From: Alphaproteobacteria bacterium
Lineage (GTDB): Bacteria > Pseudomonadota > Alphaproteobacteria > UBA828
DNA length: 64,000 bases
Assembly: GCA_965221125.1 (NCBI GenBank)
Contig: CBDCRW010000005.1
Span: forward strand, 576,001 to 640,000
Direction: 5' to 3'
Under the pieces are notes generated by a model. That model did no database searches. It worked only from the letters and a program-made list of their open reading frames with translations, and had not been told where the DNA came from. Shown here one piece after another: positions 47,999-58,304 of this stretch. The position numbers and the translations under genes were made by a program. Every line of letters starts with the position of its first letter. The stretch's first letter is position 1.

Positions 47999-50026
47999 TT
48001 GACCCGACACTACCGGGTGTCCGCCGATATCGGCGGCACGTTCACCGATATCGTCTACCAGGATTGCGAGTCCGGCGCCTGCGGTGCGGCAAAGGTTCTC
48101 TCGACGCCCGACGACCCGGCCCTCGCCGTGCTCCGGGGCATCGAGACGGCGATCCCTGCCGAAGCCGCCATCGATTTCTTCGTGCACGGCACCACGGTGG
48201 GGCTGAACGCGCTGCTCACCCGGCGGGGCGCCAAGGTGGCGCTGCTCACCACCGAGAATTTCCGCGACATCTACACGATCCAGGGCAACGACCGGGGCGA
48301 GATCTTCTCTATCCGCTGGAACAAGCCCGAGCCGCTGACGCCGCTGGAGCACACCTTCACGGCGCGGGAGCGGATGGCGGCGACCGGCGAGGTCGCGACC
48401 CCGCTGGAGACCGCCGACCTCGACCGCCTCGTGGACGCGGTGAGCGAGCAAGGCTTCGAGGCCATCGCCATCGCCTTCCTCTTCGCCTTCAAGAACCCCA
48501 AGCATGAGCTGGAGGCGGCGGACTATCTTGCCGCCCGCCTCCCCGGCATCCCCATCGGGCTCTCGCACCGCGTCTCGCCCGAGTGGCGGGAGTTCGAGCG
48601 GACGTCGACCACGGTGATGAACAGCTACCTCGCGCCGGTCGTACGCGGCTATCTGGAGACCCTGATCGGCGGGCTCAGCGACCGCCTGCCGCGAGGCCGG
48701 GGGCTCCACGTCATGCAGTCCAACGGCGGCGTGATGACGGCGGAGACCGCGAGCGAGACGCCGCTGCAGACGCTCCTTTCCGGCCCGGTCGGTGGCGCCA
48801 TCGGCGGCCGGGCGCTCTCCGCCGCGACCGGGCGGCCCAACCTCATCTGCATCGACATGGGCGGCACCTCCTTCGACGCGAGCCTCATCATCGACGGGCT
48901 GCCGTCGGGCTCCAACCAGGCCAAGCTGGAAGGGCTGCCGGTGCAGATGTCGGTGGTGGACATCCACGTCATCGGCGCGGGCGGCGGCTCCATCGCGTGG
49001 GAGGAAGCGGGCGCCATGCGCGTGGGCCCCCAGTCCGCCGGCTCCATGCCGGGGCCGGCCTGCTACGGCCTCGGCGGGACGGAGCCCACGGTCTCCGACG
49101 CCAATCTCGTGCTCGGCCGCCTCGACGGCGCGAATTTCTCGGGCGGCGCCATGACGCTCGACCGCGCAGCGGCGGTGCGTGTGCTGGAGGGCATCGGCGC
49201 TTCGTTCGGGCTTTCCACCGAGGCCATGGCGCAGGGCGTCGTCGATGTCGTGAACGCCAAGATGGCGGACGCCATCCGCACGATCACGGTCCAGCGCGGC
49301 ATCGACCCGCGGGATTTCTCGCTCGTCGCCTTCGGGGGCGCCGGGCCGGCGCAGGCCGGCGCGCTCGCCGAGGAGCTGCAGATCCGCGAGGTCATCGTGC
49401 CGGTGCACCCCGGCGCGTTCTCCGCCTGGGGCATGCTGCAGACCGACGTGCGCCACGACTACAAGGAGACCCTCTACGGCTTCTGGGACCTCATGGAGCC
49501 GGCAGCGCTCGAAGCCGCCTTCGCGGGGCTGGAGGAGAGGGGCCGCCGGCACCTGCTTGCGGAAGGCATCGCCGAGGACGCCATCGCCTTCGAGCGCTCC
49601 ATCGACTTCCGCTACTACGGGCAGGAGTACGTCCTCACCATCCCGGTTCCAGATGGGCCGATCGACATGGCGGCCGTGCGCACCAGCTTCGATGTGGCCT
49701 ACGATCGGCAGTACGGCCATTCCAGCCCGGAGAACCGCGTCGAGATGGCGAATATCCGACTGGCCGCGCTCGGCCGCCTGGCGCGCCCGGATTCCGCGCC
49801 GCCCGCGCAGGAGCCCGCGCGGGAGCCACGCGAGCGCGACGTCTTCTTCGCCGGCCGGGCGCTGAGGACGCCGGTCCTCGACCGCAACGGGCTTGAGATC
49901 GGCGATGCCGTGCCCGGCCCTGCGATCATCGAGGAGACGACGGCGACGACGCTGGTGCCGCCCGGCTGGCAGGCCGCGGTGATCGAGGGCGGCCACCTCT
50001 CCATGACGCTGGAGGCGGGATCATGA
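47999..50026 (+). CDS. Hydantoinase A / oxoprolinase family subunit (second paralog)
   Basis: DIGGTFTD, HGTTVGLN, REFERTST, SGPVGG, DMGGTS, PGPACY. Confidence 0.93.
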   Translation: MTRHYRVSADIGGTFTDIVYQDCESGACGAAKVLSTPDDPALAVLRGIETAIPAEAAIDFFVHGTTVGLNALLTRRGAKVALLTTENFRDIYTIQGNDRGEIFSIRWNKPEPLTPLEHTFTARERMAATGEVATPLETADLDRLVDAVSEQGFEAIAIAFLFAFKNPKHELEAADYLAARLPGIPIGLSHRVSPEWREFERTSTTVMNSYLAPVVRGYLETLIGGLSDRLPRGRGLHVMQSNGGVMTAETASETPLQTLLSGPVGGAIGGRALSAATGRPNLICIDMGGTSFDASLIIDGLPSGSNQAKLEGLPVQMSVVDIHVIGAGGGSIAWEEAGAMRVGPQSAGSMPGPACYGLGGTEPTVSDANLVLGRLDGANFSGGAMTLDRAAAVRVLEGIGASFGLSTEAMAQGVVDVVNAKMADAIRTITVQRGIDPRDFSLVAFGGAGPAQAGALAEELQIREVIVPVHPGAFSAWGMLQTDVRHDYKETLYGFWDLMEPAALEAAFAGLEERGRRHLLAEGIAEDAIAFERSIDFRYYGQEYVLTIPVPDGPIDMAAVRTSFDVAYDRQYGHSSPENRVEMANIRLAALGRLARPDSAPPAQEPAREPRERDVFFAGRALRTPVLDRNGLEIGDAVPGPAIIEETTATTLVPPGWQAAVIEGGHLSMTLEAGS

Positions 50027-51744
50027 ACGACACGCGTGCGCGGAACGTGGCGGACCCGGTGACCACCGAGATCGTGCGCAACTTCGTCATCTCCTGCGCG
50101 GAGGACATGAACGCCTCGCTCTGGCGCTCCGCCCATTCGGCGGTCATCTACGAGGGCCGGGACAGCGCCGTGGGCCTGCTCGATGCGAACGGCAACATGC
50201 TCGGGCAATCGAGCGGCGTGCCGCTCTTCATCGGCGCCATCGACGCCAACGTCCACCACGTGATCGACTACTACGGCGACGACATCGCGCCCGGCGACAT
50301 CTTCATCATGAACGACAGCTACATGCAGGGCTCCCACCTGCATGACGTCTCCGTGGTCGGGCCCATCTTCTTCGACGGCGCGCTGATCGGCTTCGGCGCC
50401 GCGCGCGCACACTGGAACGACATCGGCGCCATCGACCCCGGCACGGTCATGGGCTCCACCAACATCTATCAGGAGGGGCTGCGCCTCGGGCCCACGCGCA
50501 TCGTGGCCCAGGGCAAGCCCATCCGCGAGTGGTTCGACCTGCTCCGCCTCAACACCCGGATGCCGGACGCGAGCATCGGCGACCTCGGCGCCCAGATCGC
50601 CGCCGTGCGCACCGGCGAGCGCCGGCTGTCGCAGCTGCTGGAGCGCATCGGCATCGAGACCTACCGGGCGGCCTGCGACAACATCTTCGAGCAAGCGCGG
50701 CGCATGGACCGCGAAGCCATCGCCGCGATCGAGGACGGCACCTGGTACCGCGAAGGCTACCTCGACAGCGACGGCGCGGGCGACGACCCGGTCAAGGTCG
50801 CGCTCAAGCTCACCGTCGAGGGCGAGGCGCTGATCGTCGACCTCGAGGGCTCGTCCGGCATCGTCCCCGGCTCGGTCAACTGCGGCGCGAGCCAGACCGT
50901 CTCGCTGCTGCGCCTCGCCTACAAGACGATGATCAACCCGGAGCGCGCGATCACCGGCGGCTCCTTCGAGACCATGACCGTCCGTATCCCCGACGACTGC
51001 ATGTTCAACGCCAGGGAGCCGGCGGCCTGCGAGTGGTACTTCACCGGCCTCGGCCTGCTGGCGGACCTCTTCATTTCCTGCCTCTCCGAAGCGATCCCCG
51101 AGCGCTCCACCGCCGCCCACTATGGCGATTCGATGGTCTCTCTCTTCTTCTCCGTCGACCGCACGCGGGGCCAGTGGATGTCCATCGAGGCCACGGCCGG
51201 CGGCTGGGGCGGCCGCAACGACGGCGACGGCCAGAGCGCGCTCATCAACCTGGTGAACGGCAGCTTCCGCAACATCCCGGCCGAGGTGATGGAGACGAAG
51301 TTCCCCGTCCGCCTCGAAGAATTCTCCATCCGCACCGATTCCGGCGGGCCGGGGCGGCACCGGGGCGGCTGCGGCGTCGTGCGCCGCTACAGGACGCTCG
51401 AGGACTGCTACTGCGCGCTCTGGTTCGAGCGCTCGCGCACGCCGGCCTGGGGGCTGAACGGCGGGAGCGACGCGCGCGGGCCGGAGGTCGAGATCACCCA
51501 CGCCGACGGCGCGTGCGAAGGGCCGCTCAAGATGCGGGCGCGGCCCGTCGCGGCGGGCACCGTGGTCGAGACCAGGACCGGCGGCGGCGGCGGCAACGGC
51601 GACCCCAGGGCGCGCCCCTTCGAAGAGGTGCGGCGCGACGTGCAACGGGGCTATGTTTCCCCCGACGGTGCCTGGAGGGACTATGGCGTGCGGATCGGCC
51701 CTGGCCTCTCCATCGACGTGCAGGGGTCCGAACCGCGCGCCTGA
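50023..51744 (+). CDS. Hydantoinase B / oxoprolinase family subunit (second paralog)
   Basis: [49 protein letters not shown]. Confidence 0.93.
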   Translation: MNDTRARNVADPVTTEIVRNFVISCAEDMNASLWRSAHSAVIYEGRDSAVGLLDANGNMLGQSSGVPLFIGAIDANVHHVIDYYGDDIAPGDIFIMNDSYMQGSHLHDVSVVGPIFFDGALIGFGAARAHWNDIGAIDPGTVMGSTNIYQEGLRLGPTRIVAQGKPIREWFDLLRLNTRMPDASIGDLGAQIAAVRTGERRLSQLLERIGIETYRAACDNIFEQARRMDREAIAAIEDGTWYREGYLDSDGAGDDPVKVALKLTVEGEALIVDLEGSSGIVPGSVNCGASQTVSLLRLAYKTMINPERAITGGSFETMTVRIPDDCMFNAREPAACEWYFTGLGLLADLFISCLSEAIPERSTAAHYGDSMVSLFFSVDRTRGQWMSIEATAGGWGGRNDGDGQSALINLVNGSFRNIPAEVMETKFPVRLEEFSIRTDSGGPGRHRGGCGVVRRYRTLEDCYCALWFERSRTPAWGLNGGSDARGPEVEITHADGACEGPLKMRARPVAAGTVVETRTGGGGGNGDPRARPFEEVRRDVQRGYVSPDGAWRDYGVRIGPGLSIDVQGSEPRA

Positions 51745-51756
51745 TTGCGGGAAGTG

Positions 51757-53271
51757 ATGGCTGACGAGCCGGCGTTACGAGCGAACGGGATCGGCGTCGC
51801 CTTCGCGGGCGTCTGGGTGCTCAGCGACGTCTCGGTGGACATCCTGCCAGGCGAAATCCATGGGCTGATCGGCGAGAACGGCGCCGGCAAGTCGACGCTC
51901 GGCAAGGTGTTCGGCGGCTACTACGCGGCCAGCGCCGGCTCCCTCGACGTCTTCGGCGAGCGCACGAGCGCGTGGGACCCGCTGATGGCGCTGTCGAAGG
52001 GCGTCGCCATCATGCACCAGGAGCTCCAGCTCGTGCCCGCGCTCACCGTGGCGGAGAACGTCTTCCTCGGGCTGGAGGACCAGCGCTGGGGCGTGCTGCG
52101 CCGCACCGAGGCGGACCGCCTCACGGACCTGATGGAGGCGAGCGGCTTCCAGCTCGACCCCAACGCCATCGTCTCGCGGCTGCCCATCGCCGACCAGCAG
52201 AAAATCGAGATCCTGCGCGCGCTCGCGCGCGAAGCGCGCATCATCGTGATGGACGAGCCCACGTCCTCGCTCTCGCGGGACGAGGTCTCCCAGCTCCACC
52301 TCGCGATGCGGAAGCTCCGGGACGAGGGGCGCTCGATCATCTACGTCTCGCACTTTCTCCACGACATTCTCGAGGTCTCCGACCGGATCACCGTGCTCCG
52401 CGACGGCTTGCACGTGAAGACGGCGCCGGCCGCCGGCGAGACCCGCTCCAGCCTGGTCGCGGCGATGCTGGGCGGGGGCAAGAGCGAGACTCCCTTCCCG
52501 CCCCGCGCGCGCCCCGAGAAGCCCGAGCCCGTGCTGGAGGTACACGAGCTGGAGAGCGAGGCGGGCGCCAACGGCGCGAGCCTCTGGGTCGGCCGGGGCG
52601 AGATCGTGGGCCTCACCGGCCTCGTCGGCAGCGGCCGGAGCGAGATCGCGCGAGCCATCGTCGGCGCCGATGCGGCGACGGCCGGCGAGGTCCGGCTGCG
52701 GGGCGAGGCCTACCGCAACCGCTCCATCCGCCGCTCCGCCGCGCTCGGCATGGTGATGTCGCCGGAGGACCGCCGCAAGCAGGGCCTGGTCATGACCATG
52801 CGCGTCTCGCCCAACATGACCTTGCCTCACCTCGGCCGCTTCGCGCACCTTGGCGTCATGAAACGCCGCGCCGAGCGCACCCGCGCACTCAGCCTGATCG
52901 AGCACTTCAACGTGCGCCCGGCGGACCCCAACGGCAACGTCGCGACCTTCTCCGGCGGCAATCAGCAGAAGGTCCTGATCGGCAAGTGGCTCATGGAGAA
53001 CCCCGACATCGTGATCCTCGACGAGCCGAGCCGGGGCGTGGACGTGGGCGCGCGCGAGCGCATCCACTTCGCCATCGCGGAGCTTGCGGCGGGCGGCACC
53101 GGCGTGCTGCTCATCTCCAGCGAGATCGAGGAGGTGCTGGGCCTCGCCCACCGCGCCTACCTCACCGACGGCGGGCGCATCGTCGAAGAGGTGATCCCCG
53201 AGGAGTCGAGCGAAGCCGACCTTCTCGCGCTGCTCTTCCAGCACCAGAGCCAGAGGCGCGGCGCCCAATGA
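51757..53271 (+). CDS. Sugar ABC ATP-binding protein (RbsA-like, two NBDs)
   Basis: GENGAGKST, MDEPT, GLVGSGRSE, EDRRKQGL, SGGNQQK, DEPSRGVDVGA. Confidence 0.93.
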   Translation: MADEPALRANGIGVAFAGVWVLSDVSVDILPGEIHGLIGENGAGKSTLGKVFGGYYAASAGSLDVFGERTSAWDPLMALSKGVAIMHQELQLVPALTVAENVFLGLEDQRWGVLRRTEADRLTDLMEASGFQLDPNAIVSRLPIADQQKIEILRALAREARIIVMDEPTSSLSRDEVSQLHLAMRKLRDEGRSIIYVSHFLHDILEVSDRITVLRDGLHVKTAPAAGETRSSLVAAMLGGGKSETPFPPRARPEKPEPVLEVHELESEAGANGASLWVGRGEIVGLTGLVGSGRSEIARAIVGADAATAGEVRLRGEAYRNRSIRRSAALGMVMSPEDRRKQGLVMTMRVSPNMTLPHLGRFAHLGVMKRRAERTRALSLIEHFNVRPADPNGNVATFSGGNQQKVLIGKWLMENPDIVILDEPSRGVDVGARERIHFAIAELAAGGTGVLLISSEIEEVLGLAHRAYLTDGGRIVEEVIPEESSEADLLALLFQHQSQRRGAQ

Positions 53272-54209
53272 CGGTACGCGGCTTCCACGTCGGGCGCTTC
53301 CTGCAGACCTACGCGGTCCTGATCATGATCGTGTTCCTGGTCATCGCGCTCAGCATGATGTCCGAGAACTTCCTGACCGCCCGCAACCTGCTGAACATCC
53401 TCAACCAGAACGCGCCGCTCGCGATCATGGCCTCGGCGATGACGCTGGTGATCATCGCGGGCGGGTTCGACCTCTCGGTGGCGGCGATCTTTTCCATGGG
53501 CTCGGTCATGTCCGCCTGGATCGCGATCCACGTGGACCCCTACCTCGGCCTCTTCCTGGCACCCTTCATCGGCCTCATTCTCGGCACCATGAACGGCGTG
53601 GTGATCAACGCGCTCCGGGTGCACTCCTTCCTCGCCACCATCGCCACGAGCCTGATCTTCAAGGGCGTGGCCATCGTCATCTCCGACGGGCGGCTGATCT
53701 CCGTCCGCCTCGACACCTTCACCTGGCTCGGGCGCGACAAGGCGGGCGGCGTCTTCATCGCCGTCTGGATCATGGCGGTCTTCGCCCTGATCCTGACCTT
53801 CACGCTGACGCGAACCGCCTTCGGGCGCCGCGTCTTCGCCGTCGGCGGCAACGAGGAGGCCGCCGTGCTCTCCGGCATCCGCACGGACCGGGTGAAGACC
53901 GCCACCTTCGCCATCGCGGGCTTCGCGGCGGGCCTCGCCTCGATCATCGCGACCTCGCGCGTGGCGCTGGGGCAGGCGGCGGCCGGGCAGGGCATGGAGC
54001 TGCAGGCCATCGCTGCGGTGATCCTGGGCGGCACCAGCATCTACGGCGGCGCGGGCGCGGTCTGGCGCAGCCTCGGCGGCGTCTTCCTGCTGGCGCTCAT
54101 CAGCAACGGCTTCAACATCCTGAACGCCGATCCCTTCTACCGCGACCTGACCACCGGGCTGGTCATCCTCGCCGCGATCGGAATCAGCGCGGGCGGCAAT
54201 CGGAGGTAA
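53268..54209 (+). CDS. Sugar ABC permease (RbsC-like)
   Basis: GGFDLSV, SFLATIA, AVGGNEEAA, ELQAIAAVILGGTS. Confidence 0.92.
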   Translation: MTVRGFHVGRFLQTYAVLIMIVFLVIALSMMSENFLTARNLLNILNQNAPLAIMASAMTLVIIAGGFDLSVAAIFSMGSVMSAWIAIHVDPYLGLFLAPFIGLILGTMNGVVINALRVHSFLATIATSLIFKGVAIVISDGRLISVRLDTFTWLGRDKAGGVFIAVWIMAVFALILTFTLTRTAFGRRVFAVGGNEEAAVLSGIRTDRVKTATFAIAGFAAGLASIIATSRVALGQAAAGQGMELQAIAAVILGGTSIYGGAGAVWRSLGGVFLLALISNGFNILNADPFYRDLTTGLVILAAIGISAGGNRR

Positions 54210-54212
54210 GCC

Positions 54213-55487
54213 ATGGGCTACACCATCGCCGAGAAGATCCTGGGGCGCGCGAGCCGCGCGGGCGCGCCGGTGCGCGCCGGCACGGAGGTCGAGGTCAAGC
54301 CCGACTACGTGCTGGGCTACGATTTCCCCGGCTACCTCGACCTGATCTTCAGGCAGATGAAGGAGGAGTTCGGCATCGAGCGCGTGGCCGAGCCGGAGCG
54401 CTTCGCCCTCTTCATCGACCACATGGTGCCCGCCAACACGCCGGAGGAGGAGGAGCTTCACATCGTCACCCGCACCTGGTGCGCGGAGAACGGCGTGAAG
54501 CTCCACGAGCGCGAGGGGATCGGCCACCAGGTCGCGGCGGAAGCGGGCTACGCCGTGCCCGGCGGCTTCGTCGTCCACTTCGACGGCCACGTCGCGCAGC
54601 TCGGCGCCTTCGGCACGCTCGCCGTCGGCATTCACACGCAGCTTCTGGAGGCCTTCGTCCGCGAGCGGATCGACTTCACCGTGCCGGAGACCACGCGCGT
54701 GAACCTCACCGGCCGGCTCGCGCCCGGCGTCATGGCGCGCGACGTGTTCCACCATCTGGTGCGCGTGCTCGGCCCCCGCTCCTGCCGCTTCCAGGTGCTG
54801 GAGCTGGGCGGGCCGGCGCTCGGCGACATCTCGCTGGAGGGGCGCCAGACCATCACCGGGCTTGCCATGTTCACCGGCGCGCTGACGGCGATCTGCAACC
54901 CGGACCGCCTCGCGCTCGATTACGCGAAGGCGCACGTGAGCCGGCCCTTCGCGCCGCAGGCGAGCGACGCGGCCGCCACCTACGCCGCGCTGCACGAGGT
55001 GGACCTTACCGATCTCGCCCCCGTCGTCGTGGTGCCGCCCAACCCGGCGGCGACCGCCGACCTCGCGGACCACGCCGGGCTCGCGGTCCAGGCCGGCTAC
55101 CTCGGCTCCTGCGCCTCCGGCCGGCTCGAGGACCTGCGGGTCGCGGCGGCGGTGCTCAAGGGCCGCCGCGTCGCACCGGGCTTCCAGCTTCACGTCGTGC
55201 CGACGAGTCAGGCCATCATGGCCGACGCCGCCCGCGAGGGCCTGCTGACGACACTGATCGAGGCCGGCGCCTTCGTCACCTCGTCCTCCTGCGACTACTG
55301 CTACGGGCGGATCGCCACCATGACCGCAGGCCAGCGCGCGGTCTCCACCGGCACGCTCAACGTCACCGGGCGCATGGGGAGCCCGGACTCCGAGATCTAC
55401 CTCTGCAACGCCGCGGCGGTCGCGGCGTCCGCGCTGGAGGGGCGGATCGCCGACCCGCGCCCCTACCTCTCGGAGTCAGATACGTGA
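54213..55487 (+). CDS. Aconitase/LeuC-HacA family large subunit (atypical)
   Basis: TIAEKIL, DHMVP, GIGHQV, GSC and CDYC Fe-S cysteines, GRMGS. Confidence 0.85.
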   Translation: MGYTIAEKILGRASRAGAPVRAGTEVEVKPDYVLGYDFPGYLDLIFRQMKEEFGIERVAEPERFALFIDHMVPANTPEEEELHIVTRTWCAENGVKLHEREGIGHQVAAEAGYAVPGGFVVHFDGHVAQLGAFGTLAVGIHTQLLEAFVRERIDFTVPETTRVNLTGRLAPGVMARDVFHHLVRVLGPRSCRFQVLELGGPALGDISLEGRQTITGLAMFTGALTAICNPDRLALDYAKAHVSRPFAPQASDAAATYAALHEVDLTDLAPVVVVPPNPAATADLADHAGLAVQAGYLGSCASGRLEDLRVAAAVLKGRRVAPGFQLHVVPTSQAIMADAAREGLLTTLIEAGAFVTSSSCDYCYGRIATMTAGQRAVSTGTLNVTGRMGSPDSEIYLCNAAAVAASALEGRIADPRPYLSESDT

Positions 55488-56005
55488 GCCTCGCGCCGCT
55501 CTGCGGCCGCGTCGCCTACGTCTTCGCGGAGGCGGACTTCGACGTCGACCAGATCGTGGGCGTCGAGAACATCCGGCTCACGGACCCCGACGAACTCGCC
55601 GCGTGCGCCATGCGCCGCTTCGACCCCGGCTTCGCGGACAAGGTCGCGCCCGGCGACGTCATCGTCGGCGCCGAGAATTTCGGTTACGGCCATCCCCACT
55701 TCGCGCCGATGATCGGGCTCCGGCGCTTGGGCGTCCGCGCCGTGATCGCCGACTCCTTCGCCACCGGCTACTGGCGCGAAGAAATCGCCGAGGGCTTTCC
55801 ACAGATCGCCTGCCCCGGCATCACCGGCCTGGCCCGGCGCTGGGACGAGATCGAGATCGACTGGGAGGCAGCGCAAGTCCGCAACCTCAGCCGGGGCGGG
55901 GCGCTCCCCATCGCGCCCTATTCCACCGCCGAGCGCGGCATGCTGCAGGCCGGCGGCCTAATCCCCTACCTGCGCGACAAACTGGCTGCCGAGAACGGCG
56001 GGTAA
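55484..56005 (+). CDS. LeuD-HacB family small subunit (atypical)
   Basis: DVDQIV, PGDVIVGAENFGYGHPH, AVIADSFA, AGGLIPY. Confidence 0.85.
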   Translation: MSLAPLCGRVAYVFAEADFDVDQIVGVENIRLTDPDELAACAMRRFDPGFADKVAPGDVIVGAENFGYGHPHFAPMIGLRRLGVRAVIADSFATGYWREEIAEGFPQIACPGITGLARRWDEIEIDWEAAQVRNLSRGGALPIAPYSTAERGMLQAGGLIPYLRDKLAAENGG

Positions 56006-56062
56006 GGCCGCCTCCCCGGTTTCCTGTCTCGGACGTACCCGCGCACGACGCGAACTCTCGCT

Positions 56063-56091
56063 GCCATGGCCGGACTTGCTCCGGGCATGAC
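56063..56091. repeat. REP-like palindrome (CATGGCCGG family) between convergent genes
   Basis: CATGGCCGGA-CTTGC-TCCGGGCATG. Confidence 0.5.
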
Positions 56092-56149
56092 GAAACGGGT
56101 TGCCGTGGACGGGTCGACGAGCGGGCGTGGCCGGCCCGGACGGAGAGTG

Positions 56150-57055
56150 TCAACCGCTGCCAAGGCACCAGAGCAGGATCGCCTTCTGCGCGGGCACGCG
56201 GTTGGCCGCCTCGTCGAGCACCACGGACTGCGGGCCGTCGAGCACCGCGTCGGTCACCTCGCAGCCGCGCTTCGCCGGCAGGCAGTGCATGAAGATCGCG
56301 TGGGGCGCCGCCATCGCCATCACCGCCTCGTCGACCCGGTAGGGCTCGAACGAGACGTTGCCCTTGCGCGCAGGCTCGTCGTGCATCGAGACCCAGCTGT
56401 CGGTCACGACGCAGTCGGCGCCCGCGACCGCGCTGGCCACCTCGGTGCCGACCGCGATGTCGGCGCCCCGCTCCCTGGCCCAGTCCACGATCTCCTGAGC
56501 AGGGGGGCAGGCGGCCGGGCAGGCGAGGCGCAGGCTGAAGTCGCAGAGCGCCGCCGTCTGCACCCAGGTGGCCGCCATGTTGTTGCCGTCGCCGAGCCAG
56601 GCGACCGTGCGGCCGGCGATGGGCCCGCGGTGCTCCTCGTAGGTCATCACGTCGGCCACCAGCTGGCAGGGGTGGCTGCGGTCGGAGAGCGCGTTGATGA
56701 CCGGCACGCTCGCGCCGTCCGCCAGCGCCATCAGGGTCTCGTGCGAGCGGGTGCGCAGCGCGATCGCATCGACGTAGCGCGAGAGCACCCGCGCGGTGTC
56801 CTCGATGGTCTCGCCGCGCCCGAGCTGCATGTCGGCCGCCGTCATGGTGATGGTCTTGCCGCCGAGCTCGTCCATGGCGACCTCGAACGAGACCCGGGTG
56901 CGCGTCGACGGGCTCTCGAAGATCGCGGCGAGCGTCTTGCCGGCGAGAGGGGCTGCGCCGTTCCGCCCCTTCAGCGTGCGCGCGCTGTCGATGGTCGCGC
57001 GCAGCGTGGCGGCGTCGAGCGCGTCGAAGTCGAGGAAGTGGCGTGGCCCGGTCAC
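56150..57055 (-). CDS. argF: Ornithine carbamoyltransferase
   Basis: FESPSTRTRVSF, HPCQ, DSWVSM, FMHCLPA. Confidence 0.95.
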   Translation of the reverse strand: MTGPRHFLDFDALDAATLRATIDSARTLKGRNGAAPLAGKTLAAIFESPSTRTRVSFEVAMDELGGKTITMTAADMQLGRGETIEDTARVLSRYVDAIALRTRSHETLMALADGASVPVINALSDRSHPCQLVADVMTYEEHRGPIAGRTVAWLGDGNNMAATWVQTAALCDFSLRLACPAACPPAQEIVDWARERGADIAVGTEVASAVAGADCVVTDSWVSMHDEPARKGNVSFEPYRVDEAVMAMAAPHAIFMHCLPAKRGCEVTDAVLDGPQSVVLDEAANRVPAQKAILLWCLGSG

Positions 57056-58220
57056 GTGCCCACCTGGCCCAGCGCCCGCTCCAGCGCGCCGCAGGCCTCG
57101 TCGATCTCGGCCTCGCCGATGGTGAGCGGCGGCAGCATGCGGAGCACGTTGCCGTCCGCCGGCAGCGCCAGAACCCTGTTCTCGCGCAGCGCGCCGAGAA
57201 GCTCCATGTTGGGGATGACGCACTCCAGGGCCAGCATCAGGCCGCGCCCGCGCACGCCCGTATAGACGCTCTTGTTGCCGGCAAGCGCGGTCAGCCGCTC
57301 GGTCAGCAGCGCTCCGTTCTTCTGCACGCTGTCCAGAAAGCCCTCGCCCAGCACCACGTCGAGCACGGCGTTGCCCACCGCGCAGGCCAGCGGGTTGCCG
57401 CCGAAGGTGGTGCCGTGGCTGCCGGGGACCATGGCGGCCGCCACCTCCTCCCGCGCGAGGCAGGCGCCGATGGGAAGCCGTTGCCGAGCGCCTTGGCGAC
57501 GGCCATGACGTCCGGCGCCACGCCTGCCCACTCGTGGGCGAAGAGCCGGCCGGTGCGCCCGACGCCGCACTGCACCTCGTCGAAGATGAGCACCAGGCCC
57601 GCCTCGTCGCAAAGCGCGCGCAGGCCCTGCAGGAACGCGTCGCTCGCCGGATAGACGCCGCCCTCGCCCTGGACCGGCTCCACCATGATCGCCGCCGTCT
57701 CGTCGCCGATGGCGGCGCGGGTCGCGTCCAGATCGCCCAGGTCCACCTGGTCGAAGGCGTCGACCGCCGGCTCGAAGCCCTTGAGGTGCTTGGCCTGGCC
57801 GCCGGCCGCGATGGTCGCCAGCGTGCGCCCGTGGAAGGCGTTGCGGAAGGTGATGACGCGGTAGCGCGCAGGCGCGCCCCGGCTCGTCTGGTAGATGCGC
57901 GCGAGCTTGAGTGAGGCCTCCACGGCCTCCGCGCCGGAATTGCAGAAGAGCACGCGGTCGGCGAACGTCGCGGCCGTCAGTTGCTCGGCGAGGCGCGTCT
58001 GCGGCGGGATGTGGTAGAGGTTGGAAACGTGCCAGAGCTGCTTCGCCTGGCCCTCCAGCGCGGCGACCACATGCGGATGCGCGTGGCCCAGGCTGGTCAC
58101 GCCGATGCCGCAGCCGAAATCCAGGTAGCGCTCGCCGTCGGCGGTGAAGAGGTAGGACCCCTCGCCCCGCTCGAAGGTCAGGTCGAAGCGGCCATAGTTG
58201 GCCATCACGGACGTGGACAC
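57052..58220 (-). pseudogene. argD: Acetylornithine aminotransferase with a 1-bp frameshift near 57472-57474 (possibly an assembly error)
   Basis: [26 protein letters not shown] in one frame; [18 protein letters not shown] in another; junction reads TTC CC ATC. Confidence 0.85.
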
Positions 58221-58251
58221 GGCAACGCCTCCTTGAATTTGGGAAGCGCGC

Positions 58252-58280
58252 ACTATCCGTTCGCAGGCTCCGCAAGTCAA
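58252..58280 (-). promoter_or_regulatory. Putative sigma70 promoter of argD-argF
   Basis: Minus strand TTGACT-N17-GATAGT. Confidence 0.45.
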
Positions 58281-58304
58281 CGCGAGTGCGCGGTCTGCGC
58301 GCGA

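Noticed and set aside
54213-56005. Calling these genes leuC/leuD
   Set aside because: Catalytic motifs differ and the context is catabolic, with no leuA or leuB
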